A stretch of 64,000 bases of DNA from a bacterium (GCA_965199855.1 OZ241326.1:832001-896000), one strand, 5' to 3'. Counted from the first letter of the stretch, positions 9,978 through 20,451 are shown. Notes: a model not told the origin generated them from the sequence alone. Program-made: numbers and translations.

Positions 9978-11024
9978 TTGAAGGCGATGGTGCTGAGAGA
10001 GCCGGGAAAACCCTTCGTCGAGGAGGAATATCCGGACCCCGAGCCCGGCCCCGGCGAGGCCGTCGCGAAGGTGCTCGCCTGCGGCGCCGGGCTGACGATC
10101 CACCACGCCCGCATGGGGCGGGTGCCCGGGGTGGAGTATCCCCTCGTCATCGGCCACGAGATCACGGGGGTGATCACCGCCGTGGGCGCGGGCGCGGAGG
10201 GGCTCGGGGAAGGCGACGCGGTGACCGCCTACTTCTACGTCACCTGCGGCGCCTGCAAATGGTGCCGCGTCAACCGCGAGACGCTGTGCGAGAATTTCGC
10301 GGGCTACGTCGGCCGCCAGGCGCAGGGCGCCTACGCGGAATACATCAAGCTCCCCGCGCGAAACTTCCTCAAGCTCCCGGCGGGGCTCGACCACGAGAAG
10401 AACGCGGCGGAGGTCTCCGTCATCTGCGACGCGATAGCCACCCCCTACAAGGTGACGAAGCGCGCGCGCATCGCGCCGACGGAGACGGTGGCCGTCATGG
10501 GCGCGGGCGGCGGCGTGGGAATCCACATGGTGATGATGGCGAAGTGGGCGCACGCGAGCGTCATCGCCGTGGACGTCGAGGCGAACAAGCTGGGCAAATG
10601 CCGCGACGTGGGCGCGGACGAGGCGGTGGACGCCTCGCGGGGGGACGTGGCCGGCGCGCTGCTCGACCTCACGGGGGGGGCGGGCGTGGACGTGGTGATC
10701 GATTTCGTCTCCTCCTCCGCCACGCTGGAGGCGGGCGTCCGAGCGCTGGGGCGCGGCGGGCGTCTGGTCGCCCTGGGCGGCACGGGCCAGCCGTTTCAAT
10801 CCGCGGCGCGCGATCTGGTGCAGAAGGAGCTGGAGCTTCTGGGCAGCCGATACGCGACGAAGCAGGAGGTGAAGGAGTCGCTCGACATCGTGGCGCGGGG
10901 CGACGTCTGGCCCGTGGTGACGGAGACCTACCCGTTCCGCGTCGATGAGGTGGAAAAGGTCCACGAGCGGCTGGAGCGCGCCGCCGTCACGGGCCGCGCC
11001 GTCATCGTGATGGACGAGGCCTGA
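9978..11024 (+). CDS. Zn-dependent medium-chain alcohol dehydrogenase
   Basis: GHE motif, CGACKWC..C structural Zn site, GAGGGVG; TTG start after GAGGAGG. Confidence 0.92.
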   Translation: MKAMVLREPGKPFVEEEYPDPEPGPGEAVAKVLACGAGLTIHHARMGRVPGVEYPLVIGHEITGVITAVGAGAEGLGEGDAVTAYFYVTCGACKWCRVNRETLCENFAGYVGRQAQGAYAEYIKLPARNFLKLPAGLDHEKNAAEVSVICDAIATPYKVTKRARIAPTETVAVMGAGGGVGIHMVMMAKWAHASVIAVDVEANKLGKCRDVGADEAVDASRGDVAGALLDLTGGAGVDVVIDFVSSSATLEAGVRALGRGGRLVALGGTGQPFQSAARDLVQKELELLGSRYATKQEVKESLDIVARGDVWPVVTETYPFRVDEVEKVHERLERAAVTGRAVIVMDEA

Positions 11025-11036
11025 GCGGCCGGCGGG

Positions 11037-11732
11037 CTAGTTGACGATCTCCCACTGCCCGTCGGGCCGCCGGCAGGCCGTCCCGTAGGCGCTCTCCTCC
11101 CTGCCGTCCACCACGACCGTCTGCTGGAATTCGCGGCAATACTGGTCGCGCTCGTTCTTGAAGGCGGGCTCCGGCACCACCACGCCGCACGCGCGCCCGC
11201 CGGAGACGCGCCAGATGGTTCGCGTGCCGGAGGGCCGGCTTTCGAGCGCGTATTGCGTGGCGCCGGCGAGCCGGTATCTCGCGGCCTCGTCGAGCTCCCG
11301 CCCGACGCCCGAGCCCACGCCCGCGCCGATGATCGTCCCCAGGAACATCGCCAGCGCCTTTCTTCCGCCCCCGTCTCCGATTTGATAGCCGACGGCGGCG
11401 CCGCCTATCGCGCCCAGCAGCGCCAGGAGACCCTCGTGATCCGGCGCGCGGGACGCGCAGACCGCCTCGACGTAATATCCCTCGCCGCCGTCGTGGGAAT
11501 GCCCGACGCGCCGGTGGACGTGGTCGTCATGCGCGTGGTGATGATGAAGATGGACGACGGGCGGGCTGCGCCAGAGCGGATATACGAAGCGCGGGCCATG
11601 CCAGAACGAATAGTGAACGAAATGCCGGCGCCAGTGGCGTCGCCCATGCTTGCGGCCGGCCTCCGCCAGGTCGTTGATCGCGAAAACGCCCGCCATGACG
11701 CTCAAGACGAAGATGATTCCGAAGCGCCTCAT
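11037..11732 (-). CDS. Secreted 17-kDa surface antigen-like glycine-zipper protein (RT0821/Lpp0805-like)
   Basis: Signal peptide, glycine zipper GAIGGAAVG/GTIIGAGVG, YCREFQQTV..AYGTACRRPDGQW. Confidence 0.88.
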   Translation of the reverse strand: MRRFGIIFVLSVMAGVFAINDLAEAGRKHGRRHWRRHFVHYSFWHGPRFVYPLWRSPPVVHLHHHHAHDDHVHRRVGHSHDGGEGYYVEAVCASRAPDHEGLLALLGAIGGAAVGYQIGDGGGRKALAMFLGTIIGAGVGSGVGRELDEAARYRLAGATQYALESRPSGTRTIWRVSGGRACGVVVPEPAFKNERDQYCREFQQTVVVDGREESAYGTACRRPDGQWEIVN

Positions 11733-11929
11733 TCGTCCATCCCCCCTGGGTATTCCCGCCGCTTGCCGCGCGCCGCCCCTGCTCTACCAAAAATTCCCGA
11801 ACAGGGAAACTGTCCTGATTGTATCATTCAACGAGGCCGGATTCCACCCCTTTTCAAGCCGTTGACGCGAGGAGCGCGCCCCGCTTCCGCCCGTGCCGCG
11901 CCCCGGGGATCAACCCGGCGCGGGCGCGC

Positions 11930-12778
11930 TCACCCGACTTCGATCAACAGCCGGCAGTGGTCGCTCGGTCCCCATTCGTCCACGCCGTTCATGGCGCGAA
12001 CGGAGACGCTCTCGTGAAACCCCCGGGAGGCGAAGACGTAGTCGAGTTGATGTTGGGTACTGTGAAAGGTCGGGACGTTCCGCGTGTCTTTCGGCACGCC
12101 CTGCGGCGGAGGCTCCGCGCGCCTTCCGCCTGTTCCGTCTGGATGATATTGGGGTCCCATGAACTCGAGACCCAGCGCGTCCATCCGCTCGAATATCGTA
12201 CGATCCCGCGCCGGGAGCGCGAGCGTGCTCTTCTCCGTCGCGCCACGAATCGTGTTGAAGTCGCCCGCCGCCAGAATGCGGTGGGTCGAGGGATCCGTGT
12301 CGCCGATGAACGCGGAGATATCCGAGATGACCCGGTGGGCCGAGGCGTCCTGATAGCCGACGAACCACTTCGTCGGAACCTTCGGCTTGAGCCAGGCCGC
12401 ACACAGCGAGAACGCTATGAACGGCTCTCCCTCTCCCTCCTCCGGAGTCACCCGGGCGGCCGCGATTGTCCCGATCTCGCTGACCGCGATTTCATCACAC
12501 TTCACCGCCGCGCTGTTCAGGAAAACTCGCTTGAACCATTCGACCTCGACCCGGTCGGAGAGTTTCACGACCGCCGCTCCCCATTTATGCGCTTTCTGGC
12601 CAAAGAGATCTGCATCCCACGGCTCCCAGGGGGCTTGCGGCCCACACTCGACCGAATGCCCCAGATCGGGCGGCCTGCCCGCCTCCTGCAGCAGGGCAAC
12701 ATCCGCGTCCATCTCCAGCAGCTCCTCCCAAGACTGCCTTTTGTTTTGTTTGATATTCCAGCAGACGACTTTCGTCAT
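11930..12778 (-). CDS. Endonuclease/exonuclease/phosphatase (EEP) family protein
   Basis: WNI, DVALLQE, AGDFN, QLDYVF, SDH motifs. Confidence 0.9.
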   Translation of the reverse strand: MTKVVCWNIKQNKRQSWEELLEMDADVALLQEAGRPPDLGHSVECGPQAPWEPWDADLFGQKAHKWGAAVVKLSDRVEVEWFKRVFLNSAAVKCDEIAVSEIGTIAAARVTPEEGEGEPFIAFSLCAAWLKPKVPTKWFVGYQDASAHRVISDISAFIGDTDPSTHRILAAGDFNTIRGATEKSTLALPARDRTIFERMDALGLEFMGPQYHPDGTGGRRAEPPPQGVPKDTRNVPTFHSTQHQLDYVFASRGFHESVSVRAMNGVDEWGPSDHCRLLIEVG

Positions 12779-13035
12779 AGCGCGCTCCGGTTCTTCTCAT
12801 CCGCAGGCTCCGGCGGCCTTGCGCCGGGTCTTCGGACATTCGCCTTCGTTCATTCGCGCCGGCCAGCATAGCCGAGCGAAGCCGCCCGAACAACCCGGGA
12901 GCCGCCCCGGGGCGGATGGCCCGATGCTTTCCCGTCCCGGGGAGGACGGCCCCGCCCGCGCTTTGAAGATGCGCGCCGCGCGCGTAGAATCGCCTTTACG
13001 CGAGATCACGAGACCATCCGGGAGGTCGGACAGAC

Positions 13036-13491
13036 ATGAGCGAGGGCGTTCCGTTCGAGAAATGGGAAGTCGGGAGCAGGCTCATCACCCGGGGAAGAAC
13101 CATCACCGAGACCGACGTGGTGAGCTACGTCAACCTGGTGGGCTACGCGGAGAGCCTGTTTCTCGACATGGAATTCCTGCGGGAGCAGGGCCACGAGAAG
13201 CGCATGGCGCCCGCCCTGTTCACCTGCGCGATCGCGGACACGCTCATCGTCCAGACGGGCGTTCTGCGCGACTACGCGGTCGCGCTCCTGGGGGTGGACG
13301 GCCTCGCCGCCCGCGCGCCCGTCTACGTGGGCGACACGCTGAGGGTGGAGGTGGAGACGACGGCGGTTCGCCCCTCGAGGAGCCGGCCCGACCGGGGCGT
13401 CGTCTCCACGCATCAGCGGGTGATGAACCAGAGGAGCGAGGTCGTCCTCGAATACGACGTGAAGCGGATGCTGCTCAGAAGCGCGCCGTAG
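13036..13491 (+). CDS. MaoC-family dehydratase
   Basis: GRTITETDVV, APVYVGDTL, DRGVV, NQRSEVV. Confidence 0.88.
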   Translation: MSEGVPFEKWEVGSRLITRGRTITETDVVSYVNLVGYAESLFLDMEFLREQGHEKRMAPALFTCAIADTLIVQTGVLRDYAVALLGVDGLAARAPVYVGDTLRVEVETTAVRPSRSRPDRGVVSTHQRVMNQRSEVVLEYDVKRMLLRSAP

Positions 13492-13505
13492 CCGGCGCCG
13501 CGCCC

Positions 13506-14483
13506 CTACAGCCCGAAAAACGCCCTGGCCGTTCCGCTCCAGACGCTTTCCGCCTCCTCGGGGGAGAGCGCCAGCCCGTTCACCAGATCCACGTGCCGCT
13601 TCACGGGAACCCAGGGGGCGTCGCTGGCGAACATGACGCGCGAGGCGCCCATCTCCTTCAGGGCGAACGCGAGCGCCGTTTCGGAATGGACGACGGCGTC
13701 CGTATGGAAGCGCTCGAAGTAGGCGCTCGGCGGCCGGGCGATGCAATCCCCCTCCTCCCGGTAGCGCGCGCTCAGGCTGTCCACCCGTCCGATGAACAGG
13801 GGGAGCGAGGCGCCCCCGTGCGGCAAAAGCGCCTTCAGGGTCGGGTGGCGCTCCAGAACCCCGCCCAGAATGAGCCGGAGCGCGGCCAGGCACTCGTCGA
13901 ACATGAAGCCTATGAGCGGCCCCAGCCAGTAATCCCGATACTGGGGCGCCGAGGGGGAGGGGCCCGGGTGCAGGACGAGAGGGACGCCGCGCTCCGCCAG
14001 AAGCGCCCACAGGGGCTCGTGGGCGGGATCGTCGATGCGGCGCCTCCCGCCCACGTAGGCGAAGACCTGCAGGGCGACGAAGTCCAGCTCGTCCGCGCAG
14101 CGCTCGAGCTCACGGCAGGCCGCGTCCACGTCCCCGAAGCCGAGCGAGGCCACGCCCCGAAACCGCCCCGGGTGGCGCGCGGCGGCCTCGGCCAGGCCGT
14201 CGTTGCCGATGCGGGCGAGCTCGTCCGCTTCCTTCGGGCTCCTCGCCAGGTCCGGGCCCGGAATGTTCAGGCTGATGAGGGCGAGGTCTATTTCCTGCTC
14301 GTCCATCTCGGCGAGCTTGAGGGAGATGTCGAGGGCGGGAGCGCGCATCGGGAGCTTCTCGTCCGGACTCGCCCACGCCCACCAGAAATCCCCGGCCTTC
14401 TCGTAGCGGGGAAAATCCGAGCGGGCGGCGAGCGCCTTGACGTAGGCCGGCGGTACGTGATGGGTTTGAACGTCGACGCGCAT
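13506..14483 (-). CDS. Amidohydrolase_2 family metal-dependent hydrolase/decarboxylase
   Basis: Start MRVDVQTHH; NDGLAEAAARHPGRF, VLHP, PHGGASLP, MFASDAP. Confidence 0.88.
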   Translation of the reverse strand: MRVDVQTHHVPPAYVKALAARSDFPRYEKAGDFWWAWASPDEKLPMRAPALDISLKLAEMDEQEIDLALISLNIPGPDLARSPKEADELARIGNDGLAEAAARHPGRFRGVASLGFGDVDAACRELERCADELDFVALQVFAYVGGRRRIDDPAHEPLWALLAERGVPLVLHPGPSPSAPQYRDYWLGPLIGFMFDECLAALRLILGGVLERHPTLKALLPHGGASLPLFIGRVDSLSARYREEGDCIARPPSAYFERFHTDAVVHSETALAFALKEMGASRVMFASDAPWVPVKRHVDLVNGLALSPEEAESVWSGTARAFFGL

Positions 14484-14570
14484 GGAATCCTCCTGAAGCG
14501 CGGGGGGGTCTGACGCGCGGAAATTATTCCCCCGAAGCGGTTCGGACGCAAACGAGACGAGGAGGCGATT

Positions 14571-15629
14571 GTGAAAACGACAGGCGTGGCCGTCATCGGC
14601 GCGGGAGGCATCGGAACGCTCAGGGCGCACTCCTGCGCGCAGATTCCCCAGGTGGACTATCTCGCGGTGTGCGACATCGTCCCCGAGAAGCTCGACCGCC
14701 TGGCGGAATCGGTGCGCGCGGACGCGGCGACGGAGAAATACGAGGAGGCGATACGCGATGAGCGCGTGGGCGCCGTCATCGTCTCCTCCGATGAGGAATA
14801 CCACCACGGGCCCGCCGCGCTGGCGGCCGAGCTCGGCAAGCCCGCGCTCATCGAAAAGCCCTTCGTCCTCGATCTGGACGAGGCGGACGACATTCTGGCG
14901 AAGGCGGAGAAGTCGGGCGCGGAGGTTTTCGTGGGCTACACCCAGCGCTACCGGAGGCGCTTTCTGCTGGCGAAGCAGGCGGCCTTCGCGGGGCAGCTGG
15001 GCGACATCGTGATGGCGCTCGGAAAAATCTACGTGACGCGCGCCGTGGGCGAGGCGGTGGCGAGGCGCTCGCCCAACACCACGCCCTCCGTCAACACGCT
15101 CACCTACATGGTCGATCTGATTCTCTGGTACATGGAGGGGAAAAGGCCCGTCGAGGTCTATGCCCGCTCGGCGAGCTTCGTGTTCAAGAAATACGAGCGC
15201 GACGACTTCCAGTGGATGATCGTCACCTTCGACGACGGCAGCGTGGCCACGCTGGGCACGAGCTGGCTCCCGCCCCACCACTGGCCCGCCTACACCGCGA
15301 CGATGGAAATCGACCTCCAGGGAACGAAGGGCTCGCTGAACGTGGACGACGCGCACCGCGACGTGATTCTCGCGCCCGAGGAGGCGATTCCCTGCCCCTA
15401 CACGCCCGAGCATCAGGTGAACGTGGCCTTTCTCGGGTCCGCCATGCCGGGAGACTTCGTGATGGGCGAGTTCTTCGGCCCCATGAAGGAGGAGACGGAC
15501 GCCTTCGCGCGCCGCGTTCTGGGCATCGGCGGCGTGGGACTCGCCACGGGCGCGCACGCCCGAGAGGTGCTGGCCCTCACCATGGCGGCGGACAGATCGT
15601 GCAGGGAGGGAAAGCCCGTAGAGCTCTAG
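14571..15629 (+). CDS. Gfo/Idh/MocA family oxidoreductase
   Basis: VIGAGGIG, LIEKP, GYTQRY. Confidence 0.9.
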   Translation: MKTTGVAVIGAGGIGTLRAHSCAQIPQVDYLAVCDIVPEKLDRLAESVRADAATEKYEEAIRDERVGAVIVSSDEEYHHGPAALAAELGKPALIEKPFVLDLDEADDILAKAEKSGAEVFVGYTQRYRRRFLLAKQAAFAGQLGDIVMALGKIYVTRAVGEAVARRSPNTTPSVNTLTYMVDLILWYMEGKRPVEVYARSASFVFKKYERDDFQWMIVTFDDGSVATLGTSWLPPHHWPAYTATMEIDLQGTKGSLNVDDAHRDVILAPEEAIPCPYTPEHQVNVAFLGSAMPGDFVMGEFFGPMKEETDAFARRVLGIGGVGLATGAHAREVLALTMAADRSCREGKPVEL

Positions 15630-15684
15630 GAGCGAGAGGGAGGAAGCGCGGCGGCCGCTCCTTCCCTCGCCGTATCGGGCGGAA

Positions 15685-17178
15685 TCAGCGCGCCATCAGG
15701 CTTCTGATCTGCGCCTCGAGCGGCTCCGTCCCAAGCCGCCCGAAGCCGAGATGGCGCGAGAGGGCGTCGCCGTCCCGGCGCTGGCCGTCCCGCCACAACT
15801 CCGTCAGGAACGCGCCGCTCGCCTCGCTCGCCCACCACCTGCGGCCGAACCTCCCCTTGAGCGTCTCCGACAGCTGCGCCTGGAGCATCCAGGCCCGGAG
15901 ATAGTTCGCGCAGTAGAAGAACGGGTCCACGTCGTCGAGCCAGGAGGCCTCGGGAAACTCCACCCCCGTGGCCGCGCCCAGCTTCTCCCGATAGAGGTCG
16001 GCCTTGCCCGCCAGCTCCGCGCCCCGGTGAAGCGCGAGCTCGTAGTCCACCTTCGCCGCGTAGCGCCTCAGCATATACAGCTCGAAAAGCGCGTGACGGC
16101 GCAGAAACGCCGCGTAGTCGGACGCCTCCCCGCCCAGGGCGTCCGCCAGCCAGAGCGGCTCCAGCAGAAGGTGGTCGAAGAGCATGGCGAACCCCTCGGT
16201 CACGGAGTTGTCGCCCAGGCGCCTCGCCTCGAAGCCCGCGTCTTCCGCCACGCCCGCGAAATGCAGGGCGTGGCCGAGCTCGTGCCAGAAGGCGCGGTAG
16301 TCGTCGTGCCCGCCCCGGGGCCTGATGACGAGATACACCTCCTCCGGCGCGCGCACGGCGGCGCAAAACGCGCGGGGGCTCTTGCGGGGGCGCTCCTCCA
16401 CGTCGAGGCGCACCCTGCCCTCCGCCAGCAGGTCGAGGCCCATCGCCGCGCAGATCTCTCTCGCGGACGACTCCATCTTCTCCGCCGGGAAAAGGCCGTC
16501 GAACGCCGCGCCCCGGAAAAGGCGAAGGGCGTCGTGGCGGCGCGCGGAGGAGACGGGAACGCCCTCCCGCCGCAGCGCCTCCTCCATCGCCTCGCCGTAG
16601 AGCGTCTCCGTGCGGCCGAGAAACCGGCGCATCTCATCCCGCACCGGCTCCAGCGGATAGGGCTTGAGCTCCGCCATCATCCCCAGATAGCCGCCGAAGC
16701 CGAGGCTTTCGGACATCCCGTGGGTGACGCGGTGGATTTCCTCCAGAAGCCCGTTCTTCTCCCCCAAGGCCTCCGAGCGGGCGTTTTCCAGAAACGTCCG
16801 CCTCGCCCTGTCCGGCTCGTTCAGGAGCGCGACGGCGCTCCCCCGGTAGGGAATCTCCTCGCCCGAGGCCGTCCTCACCATCGCGCGGGTCTCGAAGCGA
16901 AGCGCCCGATCGCTCAAATCCCCGCACGCATGGCGGATCGCGCCGAAGACCAGAAAGCCGAGCAGCGCGGAGAGCCGGGTGGATTCCGCCTCATCGTCCG
17001 CGGCGCGGGCCAGGGCGCGGACGGCCTCGACGCTCTCGCGCGCGAAGAGGTCGGCGTAGGCGGCGAGAATCTCGCCTAGGCGAACTTCCTCCTTCAGGCC
17101 CGCCCCGCACTCGTACCATTCCCTTCGGGATTCGACGAGAAAAGCCTCCGCCCGGGCGCGGAGCTCCGCCAGACGCAT
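15685..17178 (-). CDS. M3-like zinc oligopeptidase
   Basis: RPRKSPRAFC, HEXXH (WHELGHALH), downstream Glu (SVTEGFA). Confidence 0.8.
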   Translation of the reverse strand: MRLAELRARAEAFLVESRREWYECGAGLKEEVRLGEILAAYADLFARESVEAVRALARAADDEAESTRLSALLGFLVFGAIRHACGDLSDRALRFETRAMVRTASGEEIPYRGSAVALLNEPDRARRTFLENARSEALGEKNGLLEEIHRVTHGMSESLGFGGYLGMMAELKPYPLEPVRDEMRRFLGRTETLYGEAMEEALRREGVPVSSARRHDALRLFRGAAFDGLFPAEKMESSAREICAAMGLDLLAEGRVRLDVEERPRKSPRAFCAAVRAPEEVYLVIRPRGGHDDYRAFWHELGHALHFAGVAEDAGFEARRLGDNSVTEGFAMLFDHLLLEPLWLADALGGEASDYAAFLRRHALFELYMLRRYAAKVDYELALHRGAELAGKADLYREKLGAATGVEFPEASWLDDVDPFFYCANYLRAWMLQAQLSETLKGRFGRRWWASEASGAFLTELWRDGQRRDGDALSRHLGFGRLGTEPLEAQIRSLMAR

Positions 17179-17181
17179 GGC

Positions 17182-18414
17182 TCAGATGACGGGCCGGGTG
17201 AACCCGCGCGGCAGGACGATGATGCCGGAAGGGTCGGAGACGGCGCCGGGATAGGCGCCGGCGGCGGCGTCCGTCACGGAGGCGCCCGCCTCGATTCGAT
17301 TGAACCGATCCACGATGGCTCTCTCGAGCCTCGCCCCCGCCCCGATGTGGGTGTGATCCATGACGACGGAATCCGTAATCTCCGCCCCCTTCTCGATCAT
17401 CACGCCGCGCCCGATGACGGAGCGCTCTATTCTCGCTCCCGCGATCTGGCACCCTTCCCCGATGAGGGCGTTCTCCACCCGCGTGGAGAGGATGCGGCTG
17501 CCGGGCCCCGGGTAGGCGCCGGTGCGTATCGGCCACTCGTTGTTCCCCAGGTCGAGGCGCGGCGTCTCCCCCAGCAGGTCCATCTGCGCGTCCCAGTAGG
17601 CCCTGATGGTTCCCACGTCGCGCCAGTAGCCCCGCTCCTCGCTCGCCCTGAGGCCCGGAACCTCGTTTTTCAGAAAATCATAGGCGTACATCTTCTTGCG
17701 CTCGCCCAGCAGGGCGGGAATGACGGTGCGCCCGAAGTCGTGCTCGCCCTCGCGCGCCGCGTCGCTCAGGAGCGCGTCCATCAGCACCTCGGCGGAAAAC
17801 ACGTAGTTTCCCATGGAGCAGAGGGCGCGCGAGGCGTCGCCCGGCATCGGCTGGGGGCGGGAGGGCTTCTCGTCGAAGCGCTCCACCCGCCCCTCCTCGT
17901 CCACGGCCAGCACCCCGAAGCCGCGGGCCTCCGCCAGCGGCGCGGGGAGCGCGGATATCGTCGCGTCCGCCCCGCGCTCGACGTGAAAGCGAACCATCTG
18001 GCTCACGTCCATGCGGTAGATGTGATCCGCCCCGAACACCAGGACGATGTCGGGCGCGTGGTTGGTCACCAGGTTTCTGTTCTGGTGGATGGAGTCCGCC
18101 GTGCCCTTGAACCAGAACTCCCCGCCGGAGCGCTGCTGGGGGGGAACGGCCGTCACGAAATTCTCCTCCAGCGGCCCGCCGATGTTCCAGGAACGCCTCA
18201 GATGATCGATCAGGGACTGCGCCAGATACTGCACCAGCACGTAGATGGACTGATAGCCGGAGTTCACCAGATTGCTCAGCGCGAAGTCGATGATCCGGTA
18301 TTTGGAGCCGAAGGGCACGGCGGGCTTGCCGCGGGCGACCGTCAGGGGGCGCAGCCTGCTTCCGGCGCCGCCCGCCATGACGAAGGATATGACGCGGGGA
18401 CCTCGTGGATCCAA
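17182..18414 (-). CDS. glgC: Glucose-1-phosphate adenylyltransferase
   Basis: MAGGAGSRL, KPAVPFG, ADHIYRMD, SMGNYVF, YWRDVGT; TTG start chosen. Confidence 0.96.
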   Translation of the reverse strand: MDPRGPRVISFVMAGGAGSRLRPLTVARGKPAVPFGSKYRIIDFALSNLVNSGYQSIYVLVQYLAQSLIDHLRRSWNIGGPLEENFVTAVPPQQRSGGEFWFKGTADSIHQNRNLVTNHAPDIVLVFGADHIYRMDVSQMVRFHVERGADATISALPAPLAEARGFGVLAVDEEGRVERFDEKPSRPQPMPGDASRALCSMGNYVFSAEVLMDALLSDAAREGEHDFGRTVIPALLGERKKMYAYDFLKNEVPGLRASEERGYWRDVGTIRAYWDAQMDLLGETPRLDLGNNEWPIRTGAYPGPGSRILSTRVENALIGEGCQIAGARIERSVIGRGVMIEKGAEITDSVVMDHTHIGAGARLERAIVDRFNRIEAGASVTDAAAGAYPGAVSDPSGIIVLPRGFTRPVI

Positions 18415-18418
18415 ACCC

Positions 18419-19903
18419 TCATCCCCCCTTGTCCGGCGCGCCCAGGCCCGCCGCCCGCGCGCGCATCGCCTTCTCGTATAAGTCAACGTAGCGGGGCGCG
18501 GCGTCCTCCCAGCCGGAGTTCTTCTCCATGGCGTTGCGCGTCATCATACGCCAAAGCTCCCGATTCGAGAACGCCTCGCAGACCCGCCTCATTCCGGCGA
18601 GAAAATCGGCCGTGGCGAACGAGTCGAAGTGAAAGCCCGTGTCCGCCTCCGGGTCGGGACGCGGGGAGGAGAGGATGGAATCCGCCAGTCCGCCGACCCG
18701 CCGCGCGTAAGGCAGCGTTCCGTAGCGCATGGCGTAGAGCTGGTTCAGGCCCGACGGCTCGTATCGGGAGGGCATGAGCAGGACGTCGCCGCCCGCATAC
18801 ATGCGGTGGGAGAGCCCCTCGTCGTAGGCGGACGCGAACGCCACCCGGCCCGGCCACGCGGCGGCGGCCTCGGCCAGGGATTCCTCCAGCGCCTTCTCGC
18901 CGGTTCCCAGAACGGCCAGGGTGATTCCCAGCTCCATCAGCGCGTCCAGGGCTTCGAGCAGAAGGTCGATCCCCTTCTGCGCCGCCAGCCGGGAGACGAC
19001 GACGCAGAAAGGCCCCTTCTCCGCCGTCCCCAGCCCCAGCTCCGCCATGAGCGCCGCCCGGCACTTCGCCTTTCCCCCGGGAGAGGCGGCCGAGAACGGC
19101 GCGGGAATGCGCGGATCGCTCTCCGGATTCCAGACCCCGCAGTCGATGCCGTTCATGATCCCGAACAGCGAGGACGCCCTTCGGGCGATCACGCCCTCGA
19201 GCCCCTCGCCCTGCTCTTCCGTCTGAATCTCCCGGGCGTAGCGCTCGCTCACGGTGGAGAGGGCGTCGCTGAAGAGGATGCCTCCCTTGAGGAAGTTCAC
19301 GTCGCCGTGAAACTCGAGGCCCTCGACCCCCATCGCCTCATCGGGCAGGCCCGTGCGCGCGAAATCCGCCGGATGAAACCGGCCCTGATACGCCAGATTG
19401 TGAACCGTGAAAACGGTGGAGACCTCCCGCCATTCCCCGCGCTCCTCGCGCCGCCACTTCAGCAGGGGCGGAATCAGGGCGGTTTGCCAGTCGTGGCAGT
19501 GAATGACGGAGGGGCGCGCCCCCTCCTGCTCCATGTGGGAGAGCGCGCCCCGGGCGAAGCGGGCGAAGCGCTCCGCGTTGTCGGGAAACGCCCCGCGCGC
19601 GTCGCCGTAGAGCCCGCCGCGATCGAACAGGTCATCGGCGGCGACGAGCCGGACGAGGACGCCTTCATGCTCGATCGTGAACACCTCGCAGCGCGCCTCC
19701 GAGAAGACGTCCGAAACCCGCGTGGAACCCCCGGGCGCGCATTTTTCGAGAATCCTGCGGTAGGCGGGAAGATAGACGGAAACCTCATGGCCCATCCGCC
19801 CCAGGGCCAGCGGCAGCGCGCCGACGACGTCCCCCAGCCCGCCCGACTTCGCGAAGGGAAACATCTCGCTCGCCACCATGGCGACTTTGATGGATTTGCC
19901 CAT
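18419..19903 (-). CDS. glgA: Glycogen synthase
   Basis: KSGGLGDV, HCHDWQT, TVHNLAYQG, MPSRYEPSGLNQ. Confidence 0.96.
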   Translation of the reverse strand: MGKSIKVAMVASEMFPFAKSGGLGDVVGALPLALGRMGHEVSVYLPAYRRILEKCAPGGSTRVSDVFSEARCEVFTIEHEGVLVRLVAADDLFDRGGLYGDARGAFPDNAERFARFARGALSHMEQEGARPSVIHCHDWQTALIPPLLKWRREERGEWREVSTVFTVHNLAYQGRFHPADFARTGLPDEAMGVEGLEFHGDVNFLKGGILFSDALSTVSERYAREIQTEEQGEGLEGVIARRASSLFGIMNGIDCGVWNPESDPRIPAPFSAASPGGKAKCRAALMAELGLGTAEKGPFCVVVSRLAAQKGIDLLLEALDALMELGITLAVLGTGEKALEESLAEAAAAWPGRVAFASAYDEGLSHRMYAGGDVLLMPSRYEPSGLNQLYAMRYGTLPYARRVGGLADSILSSPRPDPEADTGFHFDSFATADFLAGMRRVCEAFSNRELWRMMTRNAMEKNSGWEDAAPRYVDLYEKAMRARAAGLGAPDKGG

Positions 19904-20043
19904 GCCGGCTCCCGGGATTTCCTTGGCTCGCCGCGCCATTCTAGCGCAGGCGCCCGGCGATGACACATCCGCAATCTTATAGGCGAATGACGGCGTCCGT
20001 GTTACAATCAGGTGACGCGTCCGTGAAAATGAGGGGCGAGGCC

Positions 20044-20451
20044 ATGCGCTACCTGATGCGGGGAAAGGTCATCAAGGGCAAAAGCGCCGCCCTGCTCGAA
20101 GCCGTCGAATCGGGCGAGCTCGGGCGCGGCTCCATCGCGCATCGGACCTTTCTCAAGTGCATGAAGGAGGCCCGGCTCACCGAGGAGGGCGAGGCGCGCT
20201 GGCTCGAGGTCTGCTACTGCCGGGAGGCGTTCGGGCCGGGCTACGAGCTCTGCGAGGAACTGCCCTACTGGGAGGCGTATTTCGAGGACATCGACGTGCG
20301 CTTCGCCAGAAAGCCCGAAGACTGCGAGGGCTATCCCGTCTGCGGCGACTGCGACTGCACGGAGAAGCTCGAGGCGAAGCTCGGGAAGCTGGGCGTCCCT
20401 TTCCTTGAGCGCCTCAGGGAATCAGCCTCCTCTCCTTCGCCCGAACCGTAA
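20044..20451 (+). CDS. Cys-rich hypothetical protein
   Basis: 135 aa with EVCYC, LCEE and CEGYPVCGDCDC; RBS GAGG. Confidence 0.75.
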   Translation: MRYLMRGKVIKGKSAALLEAVESGELGRGSIAHRTFLKCMKEARLTEEGEARWLEVCYCREAFGPGYELCEELPYWEAYFEDIDVRFARKPEDCEGYPVCGDCDCTEKLEAKLGKLGVPFLERLRESASSPSPEP

